64,000 bases of DNA from Candidatus Rokuibacteriota bacterium (GCA_016200085.1 JACQFL010000050.1:115088-179087); one strand, 5' to 3'; shown: positions 17,010-26,718, counted from the first letter of the stretch. Notes: generated by a model from the sequence alone, not told the origin. Numbers and translations are program-made.

Positions 17010-19627
17010 GTCCGGCGCGCACGTTCTACGTCGTGGACGGCCACTCCCACATCTTCCGCGCCTACCACGCGGTGGGCTACCTCTCGACGTCCAAGGGCGT
17101 GCCGAGCACCGCCGTGCTCGTGCTGAGCTCGATGCTCTGGAAGCTGATCCGCGAGGAGCGGCCCGACTACCTCGGCATCGCCCTGGACCCGCCGGGCCCG
17201 ACCTTCCGCGATCGCCTCTTCGCCGAGTACAAGGCGACCCGGACGCCGATGCCCAGCGATCTCGCGGTGCAGCTGCCGTACGTGCGGCGCCTCTTCGAGG
17301 CCCTGCGCACGCCCGTCTACGAGGTGCCGGGCTACGAGGCCGACGACGTGCTCGCGACCCTGGTCCGGCGGGCGCTCGAGGTCGAGGGCCTCGAGGTGGT
17401 GGTGGTGACCGGCGACAAGGATCTCCTGCAGCTCGTCGGCCCGCGCGTGCGCGTGCTGAGCGTGCTCGGCCGCACCGGCGAGCGGGTGGTCTACGACGAG
17501 GCCAGGGTGCGCGAGCGCTGGGGCGTCGAGCCCACCCAGATCGCCGACGTGCTGGCCCTGATGGGCGATGCCATCGACAACATCCCGGGCGTGCACGGGG
17601 TGGGCGAGAAGACCGCCGTCAAGCTCATCGGCCAATACGGCAGCGTGCAGCGGCTGTACGAGAATCTGAGCCTGGTGCCGGGCAAGCTGCGCGAGACCCT
17701 CGCGGCCGGACGCAAGTCCGCGCTGCTCTCGCGCGAGCTCGCCGTGCTCAACCGCGAGGTCCCCGTCGCGTTCGACCTCGAGCGCTTCCGGCGCATCGAG
17801 CCCGACTGGCCCGGGCTCCGCTCGCTCTGGATGGAGATGGAGTTCACGCGGCTGATCAAGGAGCTGCCGGCGCAGGAGGTCACCCCGGCCGAGCCCGTCG
17901 AGCCGCTCGCCGACCGGGACGCGCTCGCGCGCTGGCTGGCCCGGGTCCCCGCCGGCGCCGCCGTCGCGGTGGACTGGGCGGGGACGGCGCGGCCGCCGGG
18001 CCCGGCGCTGACCGCCATCGGGCTGTTCCATCCCGACGCCGGCGCCGCCTGGATGACGGCCGGGACGGATCCGCCGCTCGCCGCCCTCGCCGGCCGGCCG
18101 CTCGTCGTGCACGACGCCAAGCCGCTGCTCGAGAGCGTGCTCGCCGCGGGCGGCGCGCCGGCCCCCGTCGACGACACCGCCGTGGCCTCGTACCTCGTCA
18201 ACCCGGCGCGGGCGACCTATCGCCTCGACGAGGTCTGCATGGACGCCTTCGGCGAGTGCCCGCCGTCGCTGGAGCCGCCGAAGCCGGCGGGGCGCGTCGC
18301 CGAGCCGGTCACGTTCAGCGTGGAAGAGCTCGGCCGCCGCGTCGGCGAGCGGGCGCGCTGGCTGGGCCGCTACTGGCCGCACGTGGCCGCGGAGCTGGAT
18401 GGCCAGGGCCTGCGGACGATCTACGACGAGATCGAGCGGCCGCTGGTGCCCGTGCTCGCGCTGATGGAGCGCCACGGCATCCGCGTCGCCCCCGCGCGGC
18501 TCGAGGCCTTCGCCAAGGAGCTCGAGCGCCAGCTCGAGAACCTCACCCGGGAGATCTACGCGCTCGCGGGCGAGGAGTTCAACATCGCCTCCCCCAAGCA
18601 GCTGAGTCACATCCTCTTCGAGAAGCTCGCGCTGCCGGTGCTGCGGCGGACGAAGACCGGTCCCTCGACCGATGCCGACGTGCTGAGCGAGCTCGGCCTC
18701 GGCCACCCGCTGCCGGCGAAGATCCTCGAGCACCGGAGCCTCGCCAAGCTCAAGGGCACGTACGCCGACACGCTGCCCGGTCTCGTGAACCCGGCCACCG
18801 GCCGTATCCACACCACCTTCAACCAGCTCGTGGCCGCCACCGGCCGGCTGTCCTCGCAGGACCCGAATCTGATGAACATCCCGATCCGCACCGAGCTCGG
18901 CCGGCGGATCCGCGCGGCGTTCATCCCCGAGGAGGGCTGGGCCTTCGTGGCCGCCGACTACTCGCAGATCGAGCTGCGCATCCTCGCGCATCTCTCCGGC
19001 GAGCCGGCCATCATCGCGTCGTTCCAGCGCGGCGAGGACATCCACACGCGCACGGCCTCCGAAGTCTTCAAGGTGGCCCCCGGGTCGGTCACCTCGCTTC
19101 AGCGCACGATCGCCAAGAGCGCGAACTACGCGATCCTCTACGGCGTCTCCGCCTTCGGCCTGTCGCAGGCGACGAAGATCGACCAGAAGGAGGCGCAGCG
19201 CTACATCAGCGAGTACTTCGCGACGCATCCCTCGGTGCGGGCGTTCATCGACACCACGCTGGTGCAGGGCCGCGAGCGCGGCTACGTGTCCACCCTCCTC
19301 GGCCGCCGCCGGTACCTTCCCGATCTTCGCGCCACCAATCCGGTGGTCCGCAACGCCGCCGAGCGCATGGCCATGAACGCGCCGGTGCAGGGCACGGCCA
19401 GCGACATGATCAAGATCGCCATGGTCCGCATGCAGCACGCCCTGGAGGCGCGCGGGCTCGCGGCCCGGATGCTGCTGCAGGTGCACGACGAGCTCCTCTT
19501 CGAGGCGCCGCCCGACGAGGTCGCGGCGGTGGAGGCCCTGGCCCGCGAGGTGATGGAGCGGGCGCTACCGCTGGACGTGCCGGTCGTCGTCGACGTCAAG
19601 AGCGGCAAGGACTGGTCGCAGGTGTGA
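17006..19627 (+). CDS. polA: DNA polymerase I
   Basis: An N-terminal 5'-3' exonuclease domain (FYVVDGHSHIFRAYHA) and a polymerase domain (RTIAKSANYAILYGVSAFGL, QVHDELLFEAP). ATG overlaps the glnE stop. The ORF-track start at 16451 is over-extended. Confidence 0.9.
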   Translation: MSPARTFYVVDGHSHIFRAYHAVGYLSTSKGVPSTAVLVLSSMLWKLIREERPDYLGIALDPPGPTFRDRLFAEYKATRTPMPSDLAVQLPYVRRLFEALRTPVYEVPGYEADDVLATLVRRALEVEGLEVVVVTGDKDLLQLVGPRVRVLSVLGRTGERVVYDEARVRERWGVEPTQIADVLALMGDAIDNIPGVHGVGEKTAVKLIGQYGSVQRLYENLSLVPGKLRETLAAGRKSALLSRELAVLNREVPVAFDLERFRRIEPDWPGLRSLWMEMEFTRLIKELPAQEVTPAEPVEPLADRDALARWLARVPAGAAVAVDWAGTARPPGPALTAIGLFHPDAGAAWMTAGTDPPLAALAGRPLVVHDAKPLLESVLAAGGAPAPVDDTAVASYLVNPARATYRLDEVCMDAFGECPPSLEPPKPAGRVAEPVTFSVEELGRRVGERARWLGRYWPHVAAELDGQGLRTIYDEIERPLVPVLALMERHGIRVAPARLEAFAKELERQLENLTREIYALAGEEFNIASPKQLSHILFEKLALPVLRRTKTGPSTDADVLSELGLGHPLPAKILEHRSLAKLKGTYADTLPGLVNPATGRIHTTFNQLVAATGRLSSQDPNLMNIPIRTELGRRIRAAFIPEEGWAFVAADYSQIELRILAHLSGEPAIIASFQRGEDIHTRTASEVFKVAPGSVTSLQRTIAKSANYAILYGVSAFGLSQATKIDQKEAQRYISEYFATHPSVRAFIDTTLVQGRERGYVSTLLGRRRYLPDLRATNPVVRNAAERMAMNAPVQGTASDMIKIAMVRMQHALEARGLAARMLLQVHDELLFEAPPDEVAAVEALAREVMERALPLDVPVVVDVKSGKDWSQV

Positions 19628-20280
19628 GCGAGCGCCGCTTCCTGCTCGTCGGGCTCACCGGGGGGATCGCGACGGGGAAGAGCACGGTCTCCGCGCTGTT
19701 CCGCGCCCTCGGGGCGGAGATCATCGATGCCGACCAGCTGGCGCGGGAGGTCGTCGAGCCCGGGGAGCCGGCCTCGCGCGACATCGTCGAGGAGTTCGGT
19801 CGCGCCGTGCTCCAGCCCGACGGGCGGCTCGACCGCAAGGCGCTCGGGGCGATCGTGTTCGCCGATCCCGCCCGGCGCAAGCGGCTCGAGGCCATCACGC
19901 ACCCGCGCATCCGCGAGCGGTTCCTGACCCGGCTGGCCGAGCTGGAATCGCGCGACTTCAGCGGGCTCGTGTTCTTCGACGCCCCGGTGATGATCGAGAG
20001 CGGCAACTACCGCACCATGGACCGCCTCGTGGTGGTGATGACCGACGCGCCCACCCAGGAGAGCCGGTTCATCGCCCGCGACGGCGGCACCCGGGAGGAC
20101 GCGCTCCGGCGGATCGCGAGCCAGATGCCGGTCGCCGAGAAGGCCAAGCTCGCCGACTACGTGATCGACAACTCGGGGGACCGCGCCGCCACGGAGGTCG
20201 AGGTGCGCCGCGTGCATGCCGCCCTCCTCGCCGATCTCGCCGCGCGCGGGACGGCCCAGCCGCGGGGTGGCGGCGACTAA
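19624..20280 (+). CDS. coaE: dephospho-CoA kinase
   Basis: VSERRFLLVGLTGGIATGKSTV (P-loop). GTG overlaps the polA stop. Confidence 0.85.
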   Translation: MSERRFLLVGLTGGIATGKSTVSALFRALGAEIIDADQLAREVVEPGEPASRDIVEEFGRAVLQPDGRLDRKALGAIVFADPARRKRLEAITHPRIRERFLTRLAELESRDFSGLVFFDAPVMIESGNYRTMDRLVVVMTDAPTQESRFIARDGGTREDALRRIASQMPVAEKAKLADYVIDNSGDRAATEVEVRRVHAALLADLAARGTAQPRGGGD

Positions 20281-21052
20281 GCGCCGCGCGCTCGGCCAGC
20301 ACTTCCTGCGCGATGCCGGCATCGCGCGGGCCATCGTCGATCTCGTCGCGCCCGGACCGGCGGACCTCGTGCTGGAGATCGGGCCCGGGGAGGGGGCGCT
20401 GACCGCCGAGCTGGCGCGACGGGCGGGCCGTGTCGTGGCCCTCGAGGTGGACCGCGCCCTGGTGTCCTCGCTGCGGACCCGCTTCCCGGGGGTCGAGATC
20501 GTCGAAGCGGACGCGCGCACTTGGGACTACGGGCGGCTCGCGGCGCCGGCGGGGGGCCGCACCCTGGTCGTCGGCAACCTGCCCTACAGCGTCGGCACCG
20601 CCATCCTGACCGCGCTGGTGCGTGCCCGCGGCGCGATCTCCGCCATGGCGCTCATGCTCCAGCGCGAGGTCGCCGAGCGGGTCGCCGCGCCCCCGGGCAG
20701 CCGCGTCTACGGCAGCCTGTCCGTCCTGACCCAGGTCTACTGCGACGTGCGGCTGGCCCTGCGCGTGCCCGCGGGCGCCTTCCGCCCCCCGCCCAAGGTC
20801 GAGTCCGCGGTGCTCCACCTCGTCGTGCTGCCCCAGCCACGCGTGCCGTTGCGGGACGAGCGGCGCTTCGCCACGGTCGTCCGCGCCGCCTTCGCCCAGC
20901 GGCGGAAGATGCTCGCCAACGCCCTGGCCGCGGGCCTGGGCGTGTCCGTGGCCACGGCGCGCCGGAGCGCCGAGGACGCCGGGATCGACCCTGCCCGCCG
21001 CGCGGAGACCCTGTCGATCCATGAGTTCGCCGCGCTCGTCGATCGGCTATGA
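20267..21052 (+). CDS. rsmA: 16S rRNA (adenine1518-N6/adenine1519-N6)-dimethyltransferase
   Basis: KRRALGQHFLRDAGIARAIVDLV...LEIGPGEGALT...VGNLPYSV are KsgA motifs. An alternative upstream ATG at 20216 overlaps coaE more extensively. Confidence 0.85.
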   Translation: MAATKRRALGQHFLRDAGIARAIVDLVAPGPADLVLEIGPGEGALTAELARRAGRVVALEVDRALVSSLRTRFPGVEIVEADARTWDYGRLAAPAGGRTLVVGNLPYSVGTAILTALVRARGAISAMALMLQREVAERVAAPPGSRVYGSLSVLTQVYCDVRLALRVPAGAFRPPPKVESAVLHLVVLPQPRVPLRDERRFATVVRAAFAQRRKMLANALAAGLGVSVATARRSAEDAGIDPARRAETLSIHEFAALVDRL

Positions 21053-21179
21053 TGCGAGGCGTGACGTCGTGACGCGAACGCGGGTCGTCATCGCGCTCGC
21101 TCTCGCTGGGCCCTCGCCGCGCTCGCGACCCACCGTCTCCGGCAACGCCCGCCCGCCATCGCCGCCGCTGGTCCCGTGG

Positions 21180-21470
21180 CCGCCCGCGCGGCGGCCCCGT
21201 CGCCCATCATTCCGGAGGTCGCGTCGCCGCGCGCCAGCCGTGTCGATCTGCGGCGCGGCGAGAGCCTGGTGACGGCGCTCGTGCGGGCGGGGGTCGAGCC
21301 CAGGATCGGCCAGGAGTTGCGGGCCGCGCTCGCTCAAGAAGAGCTTTCTCGAGTCGCCGCTGCAGTTCACGCGGATCACATCGGGCTTCACGTACGCGGG
21401 CCCGCATCCGATCCTCGGCGGCCTGCACCCGCATCTGGCGATCGACAGCGGTCCGATGTCGGTCACCAAT
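21180..21470 (+). pseudogene. degraded M23-peptidase gene relic (OapA/LysM-like fragment plus M23 active-site fragment, in different frames)
   Basis: Frame A: RVDLRRGESLVTALVRAGVEPRIGQELRAAL (OapA/LysM-like). Frame B: FTRITSGFTYAGPHPILGGLHPHLAIDSGP, matching the M23 consensus RITSGFG.R.HPILG...H.GID. There is no intact ORF. Confidence 0.4.
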
Positions 21471-21537
21471 CCGCGAAACTTCGGGGGCGCCCCGGCCGGG
21501 TGCTACGATGAGTTTTGCTTCTGTGAAAGGAGCTTCG

Positions 21538-23196
21538 GTGGAGCCAGCCGTCCGCCTGATCCCCCTCGGTGGCCTCGGCGAGATCGGGCTCAACATGATG
21601 CTGCTCGAATCGGGCGACGACGTCATCGCCATCGATTGCGGGCTCATGTTCCCGGACCCCGACGAGATGCCGGGCATCGATCGGGTCATCCCGGACTTCT
21701 CCTACGCGCTCGCCAAGCGCAACGGCTTTCGCGCCGTCGTGCTCACCCACGGCCACGAGGATCACATCGGCGCGCTCCCGTATCTGCTCGCCCGGGCCGG
21801 GGTGCCCGTCTACGGCACGCCGCTCACCCTGGCCCTGGTCGCCGAGCGGCTGCGCGAGCATGGCCTGCTCGAGAACGCGGACCTGAGATCCATGCGGGCG
21901 CGCGAGGCCTTCTCGGCGGGGCCGTTCCGGCTGGAGCCCATCAGGGTCACTCACTCGATCGCCGACGGTATCGGTCTGGCCGTGCACACCCCGGCGGGCA
22001 CGATCGTGCACACGGGCGACTTCAAGCTGGATCCGAGCCCGCTCGACGGCAAGACGCCCGACTACCGCCGCTTCGCCGAGCTGGGCGAGCAGGGCGTGCT
22101 CGCGCTCCTGTCCGACTCGACCAACGTCGACCGGCCGGGCCATACCCGCTCGGAGATCGAAGTGGGCGAGGCCTTGCGCCCGCGCTTCGCCCGCGCGCGC
22201 GGCCGCGTGGTGGTGGCGACGTTCGCCTCGCACATCCACCGCATCCAGCAAGTCCTGTCGCTCGCCGCCGAGTTCGGGCGGCACGTGGCGCTGCTCGGCA
22301 TGAGCATGCAGAAGAACGTCGCCATCGCCGCCCAGCTCGACTACCTGCGTGTGCCCGACGACATCCTGCTCCCGCTCGAGGAGCTGGTGGCGCTGCCGCC
22401 CGAGCGGCAGGCGATCCTCTCCACGGGCAGCCAGGGGGAGCACCACTCCGCCCTCGCCCTGATGGCCGCGGGCGAGCACCGGTCGGTGCAGATCGCCGCC
22501 GGCGACCTGGTGATCATCTCGGCGCGCGTGATTCCCGGCCACGAGCGCACCATCGGCCGCGTGGTCAACGCCCTGCTGCGGCTGGGCGCCGAGGTCCTCT
22601 ACGACGACAACGCGTTCGTGCACGTCTCCGGCCACGCGAGCCAGGAAGACCTCAAGCTCATGCTGAATCTCACGCGCCCGCGGTACTTCGTGCCCGTCCA
22701 CGGCGAGTACCGCCACTTGCTGGGCCACGCGCGCCTGGCGGCTTCGGTCGGACTGCCCGAGGAGCGGATCTTCCTCGTCGAGGACGGCATGGGGATCGAG
22801 CTCTCGGCGACGGCCGCGCGGACCGTCGGGCGCTACCCGGCCGGACGCGTGCTCGTGGACGGCAAGGGGATCGGCGACGTCGGCGCCGTGGTCCTGCGCG
22901 ACCGGCAGATCCTGGCCGAGGATGGCCTGGTGTGCGTCTCGCTGGCGCTCGACCGCGAGGGCAAGGTGGTCGCGGGCCCGGAGATCGCCTCGCGCGGCTT
23001 CGTCTACGTCAAGGAGAGCGAGGCGCTGCTCGACGAGCTGCGCGCGGCCGTGCTCGACGCGCTCGCCCGGCGCGAGCCCGCCCTGCCGTCCGACCGCGAG
23101 ACCATCGGCGCGCTCGTGCGCGCGCGCGTGCGCCAGTTCATCAACCAGCGCTTCGAGCGCAAGCCCATCGTGCTGCCCATCATCCTGGAGGTCTGA
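21538..23196 (+). CDS. rnj: ribonuclease J
   Basis: VEPAVRLIPLGGLGEIGLNMMLLESGDDVIAIDCG...VLTHGHEDHIGALPYL shows an MBL fold plus beta-CASP. The GTG at 21538 is preceded by RBS AAAGGAG. The ORF-track ATG at 21508 is less likely. Confidence 0.85.
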   Translation: MEPAVRLIPLGGLGEIGLNMMLLESGDDVIAIDCGLMFPDPDEMPGIDRVIPDFSYALAKRNGFRAVVLTHGHEDHIGALPYLLARAGVPVYGTPLTLALVAERLREHGLLENADLRSMRAREAFSAGPFRLEPIRVTHSIADGIGLAVHTPAGTIVHTGDFKLDPSPLDGKTPDYRRFAELGEQGVLALLSDSTNVDRPGHTRSEIEVGEALRPRFARARGRVVVATFASHIHRIQQVLSLAAEFGRHVALLGMSMQKNVAIAAQLDYLRVPDDILLPLEELVALPPERQAILSTGSQGEHHSALALMAAGEHRSVQIAAGDLVIISARVIPGHERTIGRVVNALLRLGAEVLYDDNAFVHVSGHASQEDLKLMLNLTRPRYFVPVHGEYRHLLGHARLAASVGLPEERIFLVEDGMGIELSATAARTVGRYPAGRVLVDGKGIGDVGAVVLRDRQILAEDGLVCVSLALDREGKVVAGPEIASRGFVYVKESEALLDELRAAVLDALARREPALPSDRETIGALVRARVRQFINQRFERKPIVLPIILEV

Positions 23197-25370
23197 TGCC
23201 TGCCACCATCGAGAGCGACGACAAGCCCCGGCGCGCGAGAAAGACGCGCGAGGGGCATCGCTGGCTGCGCGAGGTCAAGGCGATCGTCATGCTCGCCGGC
23301 GGCGGGTTCGCGGCCCTCGCGCTCGCGACGTTCGATCCGACCCGGAGTCCCGCGGACCAGCACGGCCCGGGCGGCCCCGTCGGGGTCTGGCTCGGCTGGG
23401 CGCTGTTCTGGGCGTTCGGCTACGCCGGCTTCCTCTTCCCCCTGCTCGTCGCGGTGGTGGGCGCCAGCGCCTTCGCGCGGCCCATCGTCGCGCGCGGCGT
23501 GACGCCCTTCGTCGGCATCGGGGCCCTGCTCGTCAGCGCTACCGGCCTGCTCGGGCTCCTGTCCGAGACGGATCTGCTGCGCGGGGGGGCCGTGGGGTGG
23601 GCCGTCGCGGAGGCCCTGCGCGCCAGCCTGGGCACGGTCGGGGCCTGGCTCGCCCTGGTGAGCGTCGTGCCGATCGGCGTGCTCTGCGTGACGCAGGTCT
23701 CGTACGCCGCGCTCTCACGCCACGTGACGGGGCGGCTGGCGCGCCTCCGGCGCCAGCAGGCGGCGGCGCGGCCTCGCCGCGCGGCCGCGACGATCGTGGA
23801 GACCGGCCCGGACGCGGCCCTCGCGCTGCCGGAGCCCGCGGAGGAGACCCCGCCCCCGCCCGTCGTGGTCGAGCCGCGCCGCGCGAAGTCGATGACGATC
23901 AAGGAAGGCCTCGCGTGGCAGGAGACCTTCGACTTCGGCAGGGGCGGCGCGGAGGCGTTCCAGCTCCCGCCCGTGGGCCTGCTCGCCACGCCCGCGGCGA
24001 CCGAGCGCACGGTGACGCACGAGGAGCTGCAGGAGAACGCCGAGACCCTGCGCCGCAAGCTGCAGGATTTCGAGGTCGAGGGCCGCATCGTACAGGTGAG
24101 CCCCGGGCCGATCATCACCGCCTACGAGTTCGAGCCCGCGGCGGGGATCAAGATCAGCCGGGTCGTGAACCTGGCCGACGACCTGGCCCTGGCCCTCAAG
24201 GCCGCCGCGGTGCGCATCGTGGGCCCGATCCCGGGACGCGGCACGGTGGCCATCGAGGTCCCGAATCGCGAGATGGCGACGGTCTACCTGCGCGAGATCT
24301 TCCTGTCGAGCGACTTCGCCGACTCCAGGGGCCGGCTGCCGCTCGCGCTCGGCAAGGACGTCACCGGCGGGCCCGTGGTGGCCGATCTCGCCGCCATGCC
24401 GCACCTGCTCGTGGCGGGCGCCACGGGGACCGGCAAGTCGGTCGGCCTCAACGCCATGATCTGCTCGATCCTGTACAAGATGACGCCGGCCGAGGTGCGC
24501 TTCCTGCTCATCGACCCCAAGCGCCTGGAGCTGTCGGTGTACGAGGGGATCCCCCACCTGCTCTCGCCCGTGGTCACGGACGCCAAGGAGGCGGCGGCGC
24601 GCCTGCGCTGGATCGTGGGCAAGATGGACGAGCGCTACAAGGAGCTGCAGCTCAAGCAGGTGCGCAACATCGAGGGCTACAACCGCGCCGTGGAGGAGAA
24701 GGACCGGCTGCCGTACTGGGTCGTCGTCATCGACGAGCTCGCCGACCTCATGATGGTCTCCGCGGGCGAGGTGCAGACCGCGCTGGTGCGGCTGGCCCAG
24801 ATCGCGCGCGCCGTCGGCATCCACCTGCTCGTGGCCACCCAGCGCCCGTCGGTCGACGTGGTCACCGGGCTCATCAAGGCGAACTTTCCCACGCGCATCG
24901 CCTTCCAGATGGCCTCGAAGGTCGACTCCCGCACCGTGCTCGACAGCAACGGGGCCGAGCAGCTGCTCGGCCGCGGCGACATGATCTACATGCCGCCCGG
25001 GGCCAACAAGCAGATGCGAGTGCACGGCGCGTGGGTGGCCGACGAGGAGGTGCGCGGGGTGTGTGACTTCCTCCGCACGCAGGGCACGGCCGTGTACGAG
25101 GAGGTCGTGCTGCCCACGAGCGAGGCCGACGGCGGCGAGGGGGGCGAGGCGGCCGAGCGCGACGATCTCTACTGGGACGCGGTGCACCTGGTGATCGGCC
25201 AGCGCCAGGGCTCGATCTCGTTCCTGCAGCGGCGGATGCGGCTCGGCTATCCCAAGGCCGCGCGCTTCATCGACATGATGGAGCAGGATCGCATCATCGG
25301 GCCGGGGGACGGGGCCAAGCCGCGCGAGGTCCTCGTGGGCCCGGAGTATCTCGCGAAGCGCGGGAAGTAG
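23196..25370 (+). CDS. ftsK: DNA translocase FtsK/SpoIIIE
   Basis: N-terminal TM segments, a motor domain (AGATGTGKSVGLNAMICSILYK, DELADLMMV) and a C-terminal gamma domain. ATG overlaps the rnj stop (TGATG). The ORF-track start at 21456 is artefactual. Confidence 0.85.
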   Translation: MPATIESDDKPRRARKTREGHRWLREVKAIVMLAGGGFAALALATFDPTRSPADQHGPGGPVGVWLGWALFWAFGYAGFLFPLLVAVVGASAFARPIVARGVTPFVGIGALLVSATGLLGLLSETDLLRGGAVGWAVAEALRASLGTVGAWLALVSVVPIGVLCVTQVSYAALSRHVTGRLARLRRQQAAARPRRAAATIVETGPDAALALPEPAEETPPPPVVVEPRRAKSMTIKEGLAWQETFDFGRGGAEAFQLPPVGLLATPAATERTVTHEELQENAETLRRKLQDFEVEGRIVQVSPGPIITAYEFEPAAGIKISRVVNLADDLALALKAAAVRIVGPIPGRGTVAIEVPNREMATVYLREIFLSSDFADSRGRLPLALGKDVTGGPVVADLAAMPHLLVAGATGTGKSVGLNAMICSILYKMTPAEVRFLLIDPKRLELSVYEGIPHLLSPVVTDAKEAAARLRWIVGKMDERYKELQLKQVRNIEGYNRAVEEKDRLPYWVVVIDELADLMMVSAGEVQTALVRLAQIARAVGIHLLVATQRPSVDVVTGLIKANFPTRIAFQMASKVDSRTVLDSNGAEQLLGRGDMIYMPPGANKQMRVHGAWVADEEVRGVCDFLRTQGTAVYEEVVLPTSEADGGEGGEAAERDDLYWDAVHLVIGQRQGSISFLQRRMRLGYPKAARFIDMMEQDRIIGPGDGAKPREVLVGPEYLAKRGK

Positions 25371-25375
25371 TCGTT

Positions 25376-25497
25376 CGCGGGGGGCGGGGGGCGGCCGGGG
25401 TGCCGCGATCCACCGACTCCATGGGCGGCGGCCTGAGACGTCGGGCGGCTTGCACGACCATGGATCGCGGCACCCCGGCCGCCCCCCGCCCCCCGCG
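25376..25497. repeat. 37-bp perfect inverted repeat (arms 25376..25412 and 25461..25497) with a 48-nt spacer, G-run rich
   Basis: The left arm cgcggggggcggggggcggccggggtgccgcgatcca is the exact reverse complement of the right arm. It lies 5 nt after the ftsK stop. Confidence 0.8.
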
Positions 25498-25544
25498 AAG
25501 ACGTGTTCGACCACGATGTCGAATACTCCGATCACGTGGCTTCG

Positions 25545-25614
25545 CAGGGCTCGCCACGGCGCCGACTTCAGGGCTCGCCACGGCGCCGACTTCAGGGCTC
25601 GCCACGGCGCGATT
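25545..25614. repeat. tandem direct repeat, 25-bp unit cagggctcgccacggcgccgacttc x ~2.8
   Basis: Two perfect copies and one truncated copy, read directly from the sequence, upstream of the VOC gene. Confidence 0.8.
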
Positions 25615-25698
25615 TCGATGCGTCGCGTTCGAGCGCGGGACGGTCGCTGCCATGGCGGTGGGGTACACTGGGGCACTCGTTGCTGCGGAGGTGTCGTC

Positions 25699-26607
25699 AT
25701 GGCAGTGCGGGCGCTGCTGCACTATGCTCTCGAGGTTCCCGATCAGACCGTGGGCGAGAAGTTCTACCGGAACTTCGGGCTCGTCGACGAGCCGGCCCGC
25801 GACGGGGCCGTTCACTTGAGGCCGGCGAGGCTCGAGCGCGAGTCCGTCCTCCTCTACGCGGGCCCGAGGAAGCGGCTGCACCATCTGGCGTTCGGCGCCG
25901 CCGGCGACGAGTTCGAGGCCACGCGCGAGTCGCTGCGGCGCGCGGGCGTCGGGGAGATGGATCCGCCGCGCGGCGGTCCCGAGGGCGGGATCTGGTTGCG
26001 TGATCCCGACGGGAACGCCGTGAACGTGCGCGCGGAGACGAGCGAGCTTCCGCCGCCCGATCCGCCGCTCACGCTGAACGCGCCGGGCCACATCAGCCGC
26101 GTCGCCCGGCGCGGCTACCCCGAGGCCATGGAGCCGCGGCCGCGCCGGCTCGGTCACGTGCTGCTGTTCACGCCGGACATCGACCGCCAGCTCGCCTTCT
26201 ACACCCAGGCCCTCGGCATGAAGCTGTCCGACCGCGCGCAGCGCGTCGTCGCCTTCCTGCGCTGCACGACCGATCACCACAACCTGGCCTTCCTGACGTC
26301 CGCCGGCCCGGGCTTCCACCACGGCTCGTTCGAGGTGGGCAGCGTGGACGAGATCGCCATGGGCGCCCTCGCGATGCAGAGGGCGGGCTGGCAGCCGGGC
26401 TGGGGCCTGGGCCGCCACGTGATCGGCTCGAACTTCTTCTTCTACATCCGGGATCCCTGGGGCTCCTTCGCCGAGTACTTCCACGACATCGACTACATCC
26501 CCGAGGACTGTGCCTGGCAGGCGCGCGACTTTCCCGAGCAGGACGCGCTCTACAAGTGGGGCCCGCCGGTGCCAGACGACTTCGGCCTCAACCGCGAGCT
26601 CGCCTGA
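25699..26607 (+). CDS. two-domain VOC family protein (glyoxalase/bleomycin-resistance/extradiol dioxygenase-like)
   Basis: MAVRALLHYALEVPDQTVGEKFYRNFGL...LGHVLLFTPDIDRQLAFYTQALGMKL shows duplicated VOC modules. An RBS GGAGGTG lies upstream. 302 aa. Confidence 0.7.
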   Translation: MAVRALLHYALEVPDQTVGEKFYRNFGLVDEPARDGAVHLRPARLERESVLLYAGPRKRLHHLAFGAAGDEFEATRESLRRAGVGEMDPPRGGPEGGIWLRDPDGNAVNVRAETSELPPPDPPLTLNAPGHISRVARRGYPEAMEPRPRRLGHVLLFTPDIDRQLAFYTQALGMKLSDRAQRVVAFLRCTTDHHNLAFLTSAGPGFHHGSFEVGSVDEIAMGALAMQRAGWQPGWGLGRHVIGSNFFFYIRDPWGSFAEYFHDIDYIPEDCAWQARDFPEQDALYKWGPPVPDDFGLNRELA

Positions 26608-26718
26608 CCGACCGTGGAGGGCCCCGACATGGTCCCCCGTGCTCCCCACCCGGAGCGACGCGGCCACGCCGTCGCACTCCTCGCTGCTCCGACAGGCTCC
26701 TCGCGCGGGCCGACGTAG

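Noticed and set aside
21456-25370. 1304-aa ORF and other over-extended ORF-track entries (10052..11959, 16451..19627, 56155..61014, 31682..34165, 54614..57601)
   Set aside because: Only the 3' portions correspond to real proteins (ftsK, histidine phosphatase, polA, TPR protein, rimO, rarA). The upstream portions run through other genes in a different frame and are Arg/Pro-rich nonsense. Real starts were placed at conserved N-termini with start/stop coupling or an RBS.
25545-25614. Possible CRISPR array
   Set aside because: There are only ~3 directly abutting 25-bp units, with no spacers and no cas genes. It is a simple tandem repeat.
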